NCBI GenBank assembly: GCA_040954595.2
Contig: CM082581.2
Coordinates: 434,001 to 498,000 of the forward strand
DNA from: Balanoglossus misakiensis
Taxonomy: Eukaryota > Animalia > Hemichordata
Direction of reading: 5' to 3'
Length of the DNA stretch: 64,000 bases
Positions 1 to 14,163 of this stretch are shown piece by piece. A program made the translations under genes and the position numbers. The stretch's first letter is position 1. Each line of letters starts with the position of its first letter. Under the pieces are notes generated by a model. The model made no database searches. It was not told the DNA's origin and saw only the letters and a list, made by a program, of their open reading frames with translations.

Positions 1-1259
1 GCTCTATATGACACAGACTGGCGTAAGTTATCAACGGTGATTACGTCGGATTTCCTACGGCCTGGTTTAGCTGAAGCTAAAGACGTTGGCTAAGTCCGGC
101 AAACAGAAGAGGGAAAGTCACAGCGGTTCAACACTTGACATTTGTTCGGGTAGGACTGCATTATTGCCTGTCAATTTCTAGAGAAAGCCCAAATTTAACC
201 AGGGCGTTTCAAACACCGACGTTAGTTGGGGGCACGGCCTGCAGTACTGCCGGGTAAGCTGACATCGGCGTACCGCATATAATAAAGGGGGGGGGGGAAC
301 AGAACGGTTCAATACTACATTTATTAGATATCAGCTAATTTTGGACAATCATCTAAAATCTAAATCATTTTTTCATATTTGGATATCTGATGATGTATGA
401 AATTTCCATTATATGTAAAAATGGTGCTGATTATAAAAAATGCATTCTGATTTAATACAAAATTGCGTTTTAATCTTTTTTGCACCAAAAAGGTCATTTT
501 TAGGCAAAACATTCTTTATTTTTTTAATTCGGTGACCTGATCATATATAAACAATTGCTTGTATGTTAAAAGTTTTTATGACTTTTAAAAGCAGTGACAC
601 TGGCGGCATTTAACACGAAAATAACAATTTTAGCCACAATTTGGTCAAAATGGTAAATTTTTGAAAATTACAAAAAATACCTGTTTTCTACATTTTCGGA
701 AATCTGATGGAGTATAGAATGCTCTTCGTATATATATATCGATACAAATTCCACAAAAGACCGTCTTATTTGGCTCACTTCAGACAAAATTGCGTTTTAC
801 CAAATTTTTCTTGAAAATGTAATTTTTAGAAGAAAAATAAAAAAAACCTTTGTTCTTCGAATTTGGTGCCCTGATCATATATGACATGTTGATTGTATGT
901 TAAAACTTTCGACCACTCCAAAAATGCAGAGATATTGACGGAATTCAAGAAAAAATAGCCATTTTGGCCATATTTTGACACAAATGGTAAATTTTTAAAA
1001 AATCATAAAAAATTAACTCTTTTCTTCATTTTCGGAAATATTATGGAGCATGAAGTGTCGTTCTCTTGTAAAAAGTGCTGCAAATTCCAGAAAAGGCGGT
1101 ATAATTTGAATCACCCAAGACAAAATTACCATTTTCGACTTTTTTTTCGAAAAATTGTCTTTTTTACAAAATAAATAAGAATAAATTCTTTTCTTAGTTT
1201 CAAACGGGTAGAGATACTTTCCACACGGGTTTTCTAACATTGAATTCCCGTTCATCAAC

Positions 1260-2120
1260 TCAGATTTCCTACAGCATAAGTCGGCTAAAACCCTGACACT
1301 CTAGAGCAGAAACAGTTGCACACTGGTAACGTTGAACAAGTCGATTTTTCTATGGCCTGGCTCGGCTAAATCTCCGTCACAATATGACAGACACTAGCGT
1401 ACGTTAGCAACGGTGATCAAGTCAGATTTTCTACGGCATGGCTTGGATAAAGCCCCGGCACTCTAGAGCAGAAACACGCGTACAGAGACCACGTTGATCA
1501 AGTCTGATCTCCTACGGCTTGGCTCGACTAAAACCCCGGCACACTATGACAGACACTAGCGTTCGTTAGCAACGTCGATCAAGTCAGATTTCCTACGGCA
1601 TGGCTTGGCTAAAGCCCTGGCACTCTAGAGCAGAAACACGCGTACAGAGACCACGTTGATCTACTCACATTTCCTTCGGCCTGGCACGGCTGATGCCCCG
1701 GCACTATATATAGGACACAGACTGGCGTAAGTTAACAACGGTAATCACGTCGGGTTTCCTACGGCCTGGCTCAGCTGAAGCCCCGGCACTCTAGAGCAGA
1801 AACAGGCGTACATTGACCACGTTGATCAAGTCAGATTTCCTACGGCGTGACTCGGCTGGTGCACCGGCTCTATATGAGACAGACTGGCGTAAGTTTTCAA
1901 CGGTGATTACGTCGGATTTCCTACGGCCTGGTTTAGCTGAAGCCCCGGCACTTTAGAGCGGAAACACGCGTACATTGACCACGATGATCAAGTCAGATCT
2001 CCTACGGCCTGGCTCGACTAAAACCCCGGCACACCATGACAGACACTAGCGTTCGTTAGCAACTGTGATCAAGTCGGATTTCCTTCGGCCTGGCTCTGCA
2101 AAAGACCCGACACTCTAGTA
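1260..2120. repeat. ~80-bp subrepeat domain of the satellite monomer (representative copy; ~11 units, alternating types giving a ~160-bp dimer)
   Basis: The t(t/c)cctacggc motif recurs at ~1431, 1511, 1591, 1671, 1756, 1838, 1918, 1999 and 2080; units alternate between ...ctctagagcagaaacacgcgtac... and ...atgacagacactagcgttcgttagc.../...gacacagactggcgtaag... types. Confidence 0.92.
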
Positions 2121-2344
2121 CAAAGACGTTGGCTAATCGGGCAAACCGAAGAGGGAAAGTCACAGCGGGTCAACACTCGACATTTGTTCGGGTAGGACTG
2201 CATTATTGCCTGTCAATTTATAGAGAAAGCCCGAATTTTACCAGGGCGTTTCAAACACCGACGTTAGTTGGGGGCACGGCCTGCAGTACTGCCGGGTAAG
2301 CTGACATCGGCGTACCGCATATAATGTAGGGGGGGGGGGGAGGG

Positions 2345-3305
2345 AACAGAACGGTTCAATACTACATTTATTAGATATCAGCTAATTTTGGACAATCATC
2401 TAAAATCTAAATCATTTTTTCATATTTGGATATCTGATGATGTATGAAATTTCCATCATATGTAAAAATGGTGCTGATTATAAAAAATGCACTCTGAATG
2501 AGCTGATTTAATACAAAATTGCGTTTTATTCGTTTTTGCACCAAAAAGGTCATTTTTAGGCAAAACATTCTTTTTTTTTAATTCGGTGACCTCATCATAT
2601 ATAAACAATTGCTTGTCTGTTAAAAGTTGTTATGACTTTTAAAAGCAGTGACACTGGCGGCATTCAACACGAAAATAACAATTTTAGCCACAATTTGGTC
2701 AAAATGGTAAATTTTTGAAAATTACAAAAAATACCTGTTTTCTACATTTTCGGAAATCTGATGGAGTATAGAATGCTCTTCGTATGTATATATCGATACA
2801 AATTCCACAAAAGACAGTCTAATATGGCTCACTGCAGACAAAATTGCGTTTTACCAAATTTACCTTGAAAATGTCATTTTTAGAAGAAAAAAAAATAAAA
2901 AAAACACCTTTGTTCTTCGAATTTGGTGCCCTGATCATATATGACATGTTGATTGTATGTTAAAACTTTCGACCACTCCAAAAATGCAGAGATATTGACG
3001 GAATTCAAGAAAAAATAGCCATTTTGGCCATATTTTGACAAAAATGGTAAATTTTTAAAAAATCATCAAAAAATAAACTCTGTTCTTCATTTTCGGAAAT
3101 ATTATGGAGCATGAAGTGTCGTTCTCTTGTAAAAAGTGCTGAAATTCCAGAAAAGGCAGTATAATTTTAATCACCCAAGACAAAATTACCCTTTTCGACT
3201 TTTTTTTCGAACAATTGTCTTTTTTACAAAATAAATAAGAATAAATTCTTTTCTTAGTTTCAAACGGGTACAGATACGAGTTTTCTAACATTGAATTCCC
3301 GTTCA
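2345..3305. repeat. AT-rich domain of the satellite monomer, ~3 degenerate ~330-bp subrepeats (representative copy)
   Basis: aaaattgcgtttt, tgatcatatat, aaaatggtaaattttt and cattttcggaaat each recur about 330 bp apart within a monomer (e.g. 459/787 and 538/872 in monomer 1). Confidence 0.8.
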
Positions 3306-5421
3306 TCAACTCAGATTTCCTACAGCATAAGTCGGCTAAAACCCTGACACTCTAGAGCAGAAACAGTTGCACACTGGTAACGTTGAACAAGTCGATTTTT
3401 CTACGGCCTGGCTCGGCTAAATCTCCGTCACAATATGACAGACACTAGCGTACGTTAGCAACGGTGATCAAGTCAGATTTTCTACGACATGGCTTGGATA
3501 AAGCCCCGGCACTCTAGAGCAGAAACACGCGTACAGAGACCACGTTGATCAAGTCTGATCTCCTACGGCTTGGCTCGACTAAAACCCCGGCACACTATGA
3601 CAGACACTAGCGTTCGTTAGCAACGTTGATCAAGTCAGATTTCCTACGGCATGGCTTGGCTAAAGCCCTGGCACTCTAGAGCAGAAACACGCGTACAGAG
3701 ACCACGTTGATCTACTCACATTTCCTTCGGCCTGGCACGGCTGATGCCCCGGCACTATATATAGGACACAGACTGGCGTAAGTTAACAACGGTAATCACG
3801 TCGGGTTTCCTACGGCCTGGCTCAGCTGAAGCCCCGGCACTCTAGAGCAGAAACATGCGTACATTGACCACGTTGATCAAGTCAGATTTCCTATGGCGTG
3901 ACTCGGCTGGTGCTCCGGCTCTATATGACACAGACTGGCGTAAGTTATCAACGGTGATTACGTCGGATTTCCTACGGCCTGGTTTAGCTGAAGCCCCGGC
4001 ACTTTAGAGCGGAAACACGCGTACATTGACCACGATGATCAAGTCAGATCTCCTACGGCCTGGCTCGACTAAAACCCCGGCACACCATGACAGACACTAG
4101 CGTTCGTTAGCAACGGTGATCAAGTCGGATTTCCTTCGGCCTGGCTCTGCAAAAGACCCGACACTCTAGTACAAAGACGTTGGCTAAGTCGGGCAAACCG
4201 AAGAGGGAAAGTCACAGCGGGTCAACACTCGACATTTGTTCGGGTAGGACTGCATTATTGCCTGTCAATTTATAGAGAGCGCCCGAATTTAACCACGGCG
4301 TTTCAAACACCGACGTTAGTTGGGGGCACGGCCTGCAGTACTGCCGGGTAAGCTGACATCGGCGTACCGCATATAATGTAGGGGGGGGGGGGGGGAACAG
4401 AACGGTTCAATACTACATTTATTAGATATCAGCTAATTTTGGACAATCATCTAAAATCTAAATCATTTTTTCATATTTGGATATCTGATTATGTATGAAA
4501 TTCCATTATATGTAAAAATGGTGCTGATTATAAAAAATGCACTCTGAATGAGCTGATTTAATACAAAATTACGTTTTATTCGTTTTTGCACCTAAAAGGT
4601 CATTTTTAGGCAAAACATTCTTTATTTTTTTAATTCGGTGACCTCATCATATATAAACAATTGCTTGTATGTTAAAAGTTGTTATGACTTTTAAAAGCAG
4701 TGACACTGGCGGCATTCAACACGAAAATAACAATTTTAGCCACAATTTGGTCAAAATGGTAAATTTTTGAAAATTACAAAAAATACCTGTTTTCTACATT
4801 TTCGGAAATCTGATGGAGTATAGAATGCTCTTCGTATGTATATATCGATACAAATTCCACAAAATACCGTCTAATTTGGCTCACTGCAGACAAAATTGCG
4901 TTTTACCAAATTTTCCTTGAAAATGTCATCTTTAGAAAAAAAAATAAAAAAACCTTTCTTTTTCGAATTTGGTGCCCCGATCATATATGACATGTTGATT
5001 GTATGTTAAAACTTTCGACCACTCCAAAAATGCAGAGATATTGACGGAATTCAAGAAAAAATAGCCATTTTGGCCATATTTTGACAAAAATGGTAAATTT
5101 TTTAAAAATCATGAAAAATTAACTCTTTTCTTCATTTTCGGAAATATTATGGATCATGAAGTGTCGTTCTCTTGTAAAAAGTGCTGCAAATTCCAGAAAA
5201 GGCGGTATAATTTGAATCACCCAAGACAAAATTACCATTTTCGACTTTTTTTCGAAATATTGTCTTTTTTACAAAATAAATAAGAATAAATTCTTTTCTT
5301 AGTTTCAAACGGGTAGAGATACTTTCCACACGGGTTTTCTAACATTGAATTCCCGTTCATCAACTCAGATTTCCTACAGCATAAGTCGGCTAAAACCCTG
5401 ACACTATAGTTGCACACTGGT

Positions 5422-5807
5422 TGTAAGGACGCCCAGTTCTTAGAGAAACTGAAATATTTAGTCTAGCGCCCTCGCGCTGTGAGTACATTAGCGCATGCGC
5501 TTTTGTTTAGAAAATATCTGGAAAATTCCATGGCGCACATGTGAGGACTTTTGCACAGTTAGCCTGGGGATTTTGGCAGTTTTCTACGGAAACTTCAACC
5601 ACCGCGACTCATCATCCAGTGCCAGTGTTGTATGTTCAGTCATTAAATGTTCGTGTAAAGTTCCAAGCAGCGTTTTCTGTGACATCTGACAAGGAATGTT
5701 CGTCGGCGATGGTGAGCTCCAGTTAGTTAACGGCAAATACTATAGAACCCTGTGGCCTTTGATGTGAATTAGGGCGCCATTTGAGACGGCACATCGAGGT
5801 TACTACA
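5422..5807 (+). repeat. 5' LTR of BEL-1
   Basis: tgtaaggacg...ttactaca; direct repeat of 18982-19368 with about 5 substitutions and 1 indel by eye. Confidence 0.96.
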
Positions 5808-6085
5808 GTAGAAAACTGTGATCGACCGGGCAGAAACTGTCACCTTCGGAAGATTGGTAGAAAGAATCTGGTAGGACAGCGATTTATTATCAGTATTTTC
5901 CTGTCTAGCAGTACATTGGACTCGGCTCAGCTGAGGAAAACTGGCGTTCGTGGTCAAGACGCCACTGCGCATGTCAGAAGCTTCAAGGTCATTGTGTCAT
6001 ACTAGTACTCGACCGCGCATATCGTACGTACAGGGCGCATTGGGTATCATTCAGCACAGTGAATTTATACAGAATAAGAAGCAAA

Positions 6086-6620
6086 ATGGCCACCAATGAT
6101 GATACAAAGGTCATGGTGGAAACAGAGAAAAATGATTTGTTTACTGGTAATCCAGAAAACACCAAGCGTGTCTCCATAAAAACAGACAAGCACAAAGAAG
6201 CTGAAAGAGAAAGATTGAAAACTACCAGATCACACATCTATTGTAGAGTAACAACATTGATGAATCAGATAACATCTCTGATGGAAGATAAAGTCAATGG
6301 TATTTTGGTGAAAACTAAAATGAAAGAATGTGAAGTTGCCTTTGAAAACTTCAAAGAGGCTGATGTCAAATACCATGAGTCATTGGATGAAAAAGAAAAA
6401 CAACATATGTATACCAGTTGGTCATTACCACGTATGACTGGGTTTGATGAATTTCAGCATGTAGTTGACACCTGGCTATTTCGCCATGGGCTGCATGATT
6501 CCATGTTGGCAGACACTGTGGGGCCAGAAGATAGCGTGTCCCATATTGGTAGTAAGACACCTAGATTTAAATCAGCAAGATCAAGCAGAGTGTCATCACA
6601 CGTGTCCTCACGTGGTAGTA
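6086..6620 (+). pseudogene. gag: BEL-1 gag N-terminal part, interrupted by a DNA transposon
   Basis: ORF MATNDD...GPEDSVSHIGS...SSRG; removing 6621-9611 restores the frame into ...SSINSKASIIAAAVKRAELM (ORF at 9647). Confidence 0.85.
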
Positions 6621-9607
6621 CAGTCTGATCTCAGCCTATTGAAATTCGCCAAAATCATACAACAGAGAGCCTCGTTTTCACTTCTATCCAATATGGCGGC
6701 CTACCGAAAACTTGAAACCTGCATGCTGGCATGAAAAGAGGTGTACACGCTTTAATTTTGGATGACAAGGTTCGTTTTCCACCAATTATTGTCTGAAAGG
6801 ATGTTGTCTTACGTTTTATGACGCTCGTTTCAGCTGTAATAAATTATTTTGAAACCCTGCATACTGGCGATGTGGCAGTGACTCGATCGTACGATGTTAT
6901 GAATGTGAATGCTAATTTTTGAGAAGCGATACAAAAATTAGAGGGTCTTGAGCAGAAGCGTAAATACGGTTTTTCACATGGTCTATGTATTAGCTATAAC
7001 TGTGCCAAGTTTGGTTTGCCTACGGTGAAGCACTTTGACGCGGGGCAGTGTTGAATGTGACCTCTCAAGCAACATACTATATGTATAGGACCTCCGTAAG
7101 GGTGTTTCGATTGCGTAACACGGAAACTCGGCAGATCAAATCACAGTCCCCGGCAGTCTGCCGGGACTTTACACTGAACATAACATTGCAGATGAGTTAT
7201 GAGACAATCAATGCTCGATAACAGCCTAGGTTTTGACAATGGATATTCATGTGTTTTAGAGATTAACCCGGATAAGTGGCGGTCTGCATAGACAGTATGT
7301 ACATAGTATGCATAGTGGTGACTGTGAGGTGTATCTGACAATGAAATCATGGTGTACTACAACAGACTACACTGGTCCAACTCTCCTTTTTCTGACATTG
7401 ATTGGTAATTTGGCAATTTTTAAAAACATTTTTTTTTCTTTTTGATTATTTCTAATTTAAGAATTTTATGTATATTTTTTCAATCAATAAAATTATTGCC
7501 AGCCTTATAATTCTACATTTAGTTTTCTAACTCCATATCTGAATAATCACTGTAATTATTTGTATCATTTTTCATATGCATTTGTTGTACTCTCTTGTAA
7601 ATCTTCCTCAGGTAATTGGTATTCCTGTTCTACCTCTTCTATCTCTAGTATGTCAAACGTTTCAAAAGTATCCACCATTTCTTCATTCATAATCATTTCT
7701 AGAATTGAATCATCTTCACTTACTCTGTCAATATAACTTCTACTGGTGTTTTTACCACTTCTAGTGTTTTCACAGTTTGTTATGTATAGTGGTCTTTATG
7801 GAGTTTAGAATGTTATTCCTTCCATCTGTGGCATTTGCCATAGACCTCAGCAGTCTATTTAAAACCAGCAAACTATCTCTACTCTTGGAGGAAAACACAA
7901 ACGACCCCTTTCTCACCATTATGAAAAGCTTCACAAAGACAAAGTATGTTGCAGTTAAAAGACTGAAAATGACTATAGAAAAATATGACTTGCATAGACA
8001 GACTGATAAATGCCCAATCAGTTACTATGCCCAGACTGGACAAAAGCCTTTCACTGTCACTCTGCACAGACAGCCCAGACAAATGCCAGTTCACACACAC
8101 ACACACCCTGCAAAGACTAGACTAAATATCAGTTCACAAAAACTCTGCACAGTGCAGACTAGACAATTGTCAGTCAAGCTAAAACCACACAGACTACTCC
8201 TACACAGACTGGAAAATGCCTGTTCAGTAATACTCAAACAATAACAGTTAATGAAATTTACCTTTTTAATTTTTATTGTCAAATAAATACAATATAATAT
8301 ATAAAAGGTAACAACTGAGGAAAGCAAGATTAATAAAGGAAACTCCTGAATGCAAAAAAGTGTGGGAACTGGCCACCAACCACACTACACGCAGACTCAC
8401 TAAAAGTAAAACACCGATCGATCAGCACAGACGCACTTCTTTCTTCGTTGTCTCCTGAAAGACAAAGAAACAAACTGTAAGGCGTACGATAATTATTGGT
8501 GAAGTTCTCAACAAGAGATTTGAGAAACACTTGCTCCGGCTTCCACACACACACGACACTGCTGCAACAGTGCACGCCAAGCAAGGAATGATGCTGCCCG
8601 GGAAACTTTCCCTCCGGCGCGCTTACTTAAAGGGACAAAGTCTCTCTCTCGCTGCCCTTTTTCCACTAATTATGTTTGATACAAGACACTGTTTATGTTA
8701 ATGTACATGTGGATATATAGTAAATCTACATTCGACCACACACAACTTCCATCCCACTTGTAAGATATGAGAGTAAAAACTCGCCCAAAATGAATAAATG
8801 GTAAAGAACGATTATTCATTTTGGCGATTTTTTTCACTCTCCTGTCTATAAGAGGGATGGAAGTTGTGTGTGGTTGAACGTTGATTCACTATATATCCAC
8901 ATGTAGAATAACAAACGGTGTCTTGTATCAAATATAATTAATGGAAAAAAGGCAGCTAGAGAGAGACTTTGTCCCTTTAAGGTCTACGATGACGTCTGGA
9001 CACCTACTGTCCCATCATTGCGCCAAAAATCATGTCCAATCAGAGCTCTCAGCAAGAAAATTACGAAATTGGACCGGGACATAATGATCTAAAATAGCTT
9101 GCCACAGTCGCGCATTCGCTACTTCCGGGTATGGATTCCTTCCGCCGCCATGTTAGAACACGGTACATACACACATTCAGTAAACAGGCGTTCGCAATTT
9201 TTCCGGACCTTGAGCAGACTAAAAATACGCAAATTTCGATAAAACAATAATCAACTCAACGATTTATGTCAATTTTCGATTTTTAAAAACCGGCACTTAG
9301 ACGCGGGGCAGTGTTGAAAATCACAGAAAAATCGTGAAAGTCCGTACGGGCACACCACTCGAAACGCGTATAACCTAATTCTTTGGACTAACAATGGCGT
9401 GAAATATGATAGAAACAGCAACTTACCGGGTATACGTCAGTTTCGGGATGAGAATAATTCTTCTAACGCAGTATTAAGCTGGAAAAGTGAGATTATCGGT
9501 ACCTCGGGAAAAAATCCTAACGGACACATACTTAAGCACGGGGGCGCTGTTCATTTGAAATGATTTTATGCAAATGCATGTAAATTAGGTACCCTGAAAT
9601 CAGACTG
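6621..9607. mobile_element. Non-autonomous TIR DNA transposon (~3 kb), superfamily unassigned
   Basis: Termini CAGTCTGATCTCAG and CTGAAATCAGACTG form a 13/14 inverted match, with weaker similarity over ~60 bp; 4-bp TSD AGTA (6617-6620 and 9608-9611); excision restores the gag frame; no intact transposase. Confidence 0.88.
8631..8976. mobile_element. Palindromic MITE with TTAA TSD (Kolobok-like termini), copy 1
   Basis: ttaa|agggacaaagtctctctct...agagagagactttgtccct|ttaa; long imperfect inverted repeat over most of its 346 bp. Confidence 0.88.
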
Positions 9608-9611
9608 AGTA

Positions 9612-11834
9612 GTATTAATAGCAAGGCATCTATAATCGCAGCCGCAGTGAAACGGGCAGAACTGATGACTCGTATGGCAGGTTTGGAGGAAAAACAGAAA
9701 TTAGACGAATTGGAATTCAAAATAAACGAAGAACAATCCAAAATAAACAAACAAAAACAATTGTTGGAAATCAAAACAGAAATTGCTGAACAGAATGCAA
9801 TAATCGAAGTGTATCGTCATTTTGAAAATGGTGAAGATGAAAGTAGTTTACAAGAATACAACCTACAAGATCTCTTTAAGACACCCGCTGCATTTCGGGG
9901 CAACATCAAGATGAAGAGTTCAAGTGCTAGCAACTTGGGTAGTTTCCACACATGTGATAGTCCCAACGTTACTAAGTCTGATAGTCCTGTCGACAGCATT
10001 GTATGCAGTCCAGAAAAAAGAAAACCCGATGTAAACAAGCAGACGAAATTCAGTCCTGACCTTGGTTCGTGTACAGGTAGCAATAGCAGCCACAGTTCCT
10101 GTAGTGATCATAACCTAGCCACAGTTACTAAACTGTTGTTTGAGCATAACAAGCGTGCCGCTTTACCACCGCAATCGATACCCGTGTTCGATGGGGACCC
10201 ATTGCAGTATAAATCATTTATACGTGCCTTTCGGCATGGCATAGAATCTAACACTGAAGATCCTGATGATCGTTTGTATTACTTGGAGCAGTATACACGT
10301 GGTGAACCGAGAGAAATAGTGAGCAGTTGCATTCACATGGAAGCGAATGAAGGATACGAAAGAGCCAGAAAATTGCTTGAAACTGAGTTCGGCAATCCAT
10401 ACGTGACGGCCAGAGCCTACACCAAGCAAGCAGAAATCCGAGGATAAGACCGCTTTGAAAGATTTCGCCCTTTTCTTGACCAAGTGTGAAAATGCTATGA
10501 AAGGTGAATCACATCTGAGAGAGCTCAACCACTACAAAAACTTGCAAATGTTGGTTTACAAACTGCCTTTCAAGTTGAGAGACCGGTGGTGCAGCAGAAC
10601 ATACAGTATCGTACAACAACGATCAGTGCAGTTCAAAGATCTTGTGGAATTTGTCAACAGGGAAGCCAAGATAATGTCCCAAGAGGTGTTTGGTAACCTC
10701 GCCGGCATTCCATCCAAGGACAAGGGAGCAAAGAACATCAAGAAAGCAACTAGTGGTACACAAAGACGCAACGCCTACACAGTCAGCACAGAGACTGTTA
10801 CTCCGTGTTTGTGTTGTGCAGACAGTACACATGAATTTCAAGACTGTCAAGTGTTTGCCTCCAAGGCTTACGATGACAAGAAACGGCTCATAAAAACAAA
10901 AGGGTTATGTTTTGGTTGCCTGAAAGATGGAAAACATATGGTGAAAGACTGTACAAGCAAGCTGACTTGTGAAAAATGTGGCAAGCTGCATCTGACCGTG
11001 TTGCACTTCAACAAAACCAAAGACCAGTCTGGAAAACCCGTGTTAACGAATGTGGGGATGATTGACGCATCATGTAGATCTGCGGGGAATGGAGAGTGTG
11101 CATATAAACCCGTGATTATTCCCGTCAAGGTCAAATGTAGATCGAGTGGTCTTAGTGTACAAACGTACGCCTTTATTGACAACGGCAGTGACACAGTATT
11201 CTGTACGGAAACACTTCGTCGACAACTGAACGTCGGTGGTAAGAAAACAAAGATTATGCTGAACACTATCACTGGAAGTAAATCAGCTGATAGTCGTGTT
11301 ATCAAGGGTCTAGAAGTTTCAGATCTTGATGAGCATTACATCATCAAACTTCCAGCTACATATACGCAAGAGAAAATTCCTGCTTCGAAAGATCTCATCG
11401 TTACACAAGATGACATTGGCGAGTATCCTTATTTGCGTAAGGTACGCCTGCCTGAGATAGATGCGGAAATAGGCCTACTCATCGGTGGTAACGTTCCTGA
11501 AGCGTTTGAACCATGGGAAGTGATAAACAGTAATGGAGATGGACCATTTGCCGTACGTACCCGTTTAGGCTGGTTCGTAAATGGTTTCCTTACGGGGGCT
11601 GGCGTGTCAGAAAATGAAACTGCCGCAACAGTCTGTGGAATACAAGTTGGACCGGCGATTGATCAGCAGTTAATCAACCTCTTCAATCACGAGTTCAGCG
11701 AGCGCATCATAAATGACAAACCCGAAGTTTCGGTTGAAGATAGAAAGTTCATGAGGATTGCGTACGAACAAACGCAGTTTGTTGATGGTCATTACCAGGT
11801 GCCATTACCGTTTCGTGATGACGGTGTTACGATG
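9612..11834 (+). pseudogene. BEL-1 gag/protease, duplicated copy 1 (frameshifted near 10440, truncated at the duplication junction)
   Basis: IPVFDGDPLQY gag motif; Cys/His knuckles (CFGCLKDGKH...C, CEKCGKLH); protease AFIDNGSD. Confidence 0.88.
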
Positions 11835-13182
11835 TCTGCATAGACAGTATGTACATAGTATGCATAGTGGTGACTGTGAGGTGTATCTGACAATGAAATC
11901 ATGGTGTACTACAACAGACTACACTGGTCCAACTCTCCTTTTTCTGACATTGATTGGTAATTTGGCAATTTTTAAAAACATTTTTTTTTCTTTTTGATTA
12001 TTTCTAATTTAAGAATTTTATGTATATTTTTTCAATCAATAAAATTATTGCCAGCCTTATAATTCTACATTTAGTTTTCTAACTCCATATCTGAATAATC
12101 ACTGTAATTATTTGTATCATTTTTCATATGCATTTGTTGTACTCTCTTGTAAATCTTCCTCAGGTAATTGGTATTCCTGTTCTACCTCTTCTATCTCTAG
12201 TATGTCAAACGTTTCAAAAGTATCCACCATTTCTTCATTCATAATCATTTCTAGAATTGAATCATCTTCACTTACTCTGTCAATATAACTTCTACTGGTG
12301 TTTTTACCACTTCTAGTGTTTTCACAGTTTGTTATGTATAGTGGTCTTTATGGAGTTTAGAATGTTATTCCTTCCATCTGTGGCATTTGCCATAGACCTC
12401 AGCAGTCTATTTAAAACCAGCAAACTATCTCTACTCTTGGAGGAAAACACAAACGACCCCTTTCTCACCATTATGAAAAGCTTCACAAAGACAAAGTATG
12501 TTGCACTTAAAAGACTGAAAATGACTATAGAAAAATATGACTTGCATAGACAGACTGATAAATGCCCAATCAGTTACTATGCCCAGACTGGACAAAAGCC
12601 TTTCACTGTCACTCTGCACAGACAGCCCAGACAAATGCCAGTTCACACACACACACACCCTGCAAAGACTAGACTAAATATCAGTTCACAAAAACTCTGC
12701 ACAGTGCAGACTAGACAATTGTCAGTCAAGATAAAACCACACAGACTACTCCTACACAGACTGGAAAATGCCTGTTCAGTAATACTCAAACAATAACAGT
12801 TAATGAAATTTACCTTTTTAATTTTTATTGTCAAATAAATACAATATAATATATAAAAGGTAACAACTGAGGAAAGCAAGATTAATAAAGGAAACTCCTG
12901 AATGCAAAAAAGTGTGGGAACTGGCCACCAACCACACTACACGCAGACTCACTAAAAGTAAAACACCGATCGATCAGCACAGACGCACTTCTTTCTTCGT
13001 TGTCTCCTGAAAGACAAAGAAACAAACTGTAAGGCGTACGATAATTATTGGTGAAGTTCTCAACAAGAGATTTGAGAAACACTTGCTCCGGCTTCCACAC
13101 ACACACGACACTGCTGCAACAGTGCACGCCAAGCAAGGAATGATGCTGCCCGGGAAACTTTCCCTCCGGCGCGCTTACTTAA

Positions 13183-13528
13183 AGGGACAAAGTCTCTCTC
13201 TCGCTGCCCTTTTTCCACTAATTATGTTTGATACAAGACACTGTTTATGTTAATGTACATGTGGATATATAGTAAATCTACATTCGACCACACACAACTT
13301 CCATCCCACTTGTAAGATATGAGAGTAAAAACTCGCCCAAAATGAATAAATGGTAAAGAACGATTATTCATTTTGGCGATTTTTTTCACTCTCCTGTCTA
13401 TAAGAGGGATGGAAGTTGTGTGTGGTTGAACGTTGATTCACTATATATCCACATGTAGAATAACAAACGGTGTCTTGTATCAAATATAATTAATGGAAAA
13501 AAGGCAGCTAGAGAGAGACTTTGTCCCT
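13183..13528. mobile_element. TTAA MITE, copy 2 (produced by the tandem duplication)
   Basis: Same sequence and flanks as 8631-8976, offset by 4552. Confidence 0.88.
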
Positions 13529-14163
13529 TTAAGGTCTACGATGACGTCTGGACACCTACTGTCCCATCATTGCGCCAAAAATCATGTCCAATCAGAGCTC
13601 TCAGCAAGAAAATTACGAAATTGGACCGGGACATAATGATCTAAAATAGCTTGCCACAGTCGCGCATTCGCTACTTCCGGGTATGGATTCCTTCCGCCGC
13701 CATGTTAGAACACGGTACATACACACATTCAGTAAACAGGCGTTCGCAATTTTTCCGGACCTTGAGCAGACTAAAAATACGCAAATTTCGATAAAACAAT
13801 AATCAACTCAACGATTTATGTCAATTTTCGATTTTTAAAAACCGGCACTTAGACGCGGGGCAGTGTTGAAAATCACAGAAAAATCGTGAAAGTCCGTACG
13901 GGCACACCACTCGAAACGCGTATAACCTAATTCTTTGGACTAACAATGGCGTGAAATATGATAGAAACAGCAACTTACCGGGTATACGTCAGTTTCGGGA
14001 TGAGAATAATTCTTCTAACGCAGTATTAAGCTGGAAAAGTGAGATTATCGGTACCTCGGGAAAAAATCCTAACGGACACATACTTAAGCACGGGGGCGCT
14101 GTTCATTTGAAATGATTTTATGCAAATGCATGTAAATTAGGTACCCTGAAATCAGACTGAGTA

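Larger units (their letters stand above)
1..5421. repeat. ~2.05 kb composite tandem satellite, block 1 (~2.6 monomers)
   Basis: The landmark cagatttcctacagcataag recurs at ~1261, ~3312 and ~5366; poly-G tracts at ~287, ~2328 and ~4381. Confidence 0.97.

Noticed and set aside
380-410. Hammerhead-like CTGATGA-tgtat-GAAA in each satellite monomer
   Set aside because: Stem II lacks a closing pair, stems I and III cannot both be formed convincingly, and the paralogous 330-bp subrepeats lack the motif.
1013-1258. Recurring 60-87 aa ORFs in the AT-rich satellite domain
   Set aside because: Frames shift between monomers with homopolymer length, the composition is low-complexity K/F/N, and there is no conserved start or stop.
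1260-2345. 5S rRNA, snRNA or spliced-leader gene as the basis of the 2-kb tandem unit
   Set aside because: Only the short cctacggc resembles the 5S 5' end; I recognised no internal control region, Sm site or other RNA gene. An Rfam search would be decisive.
7777-8244. 155-aa ORF inside the DNA transposon (duplicated at 12329)
   Set aside because: Overlaps a cagact-rich low-complexity tract, has a non-ATG start and shows no transposase motifs.
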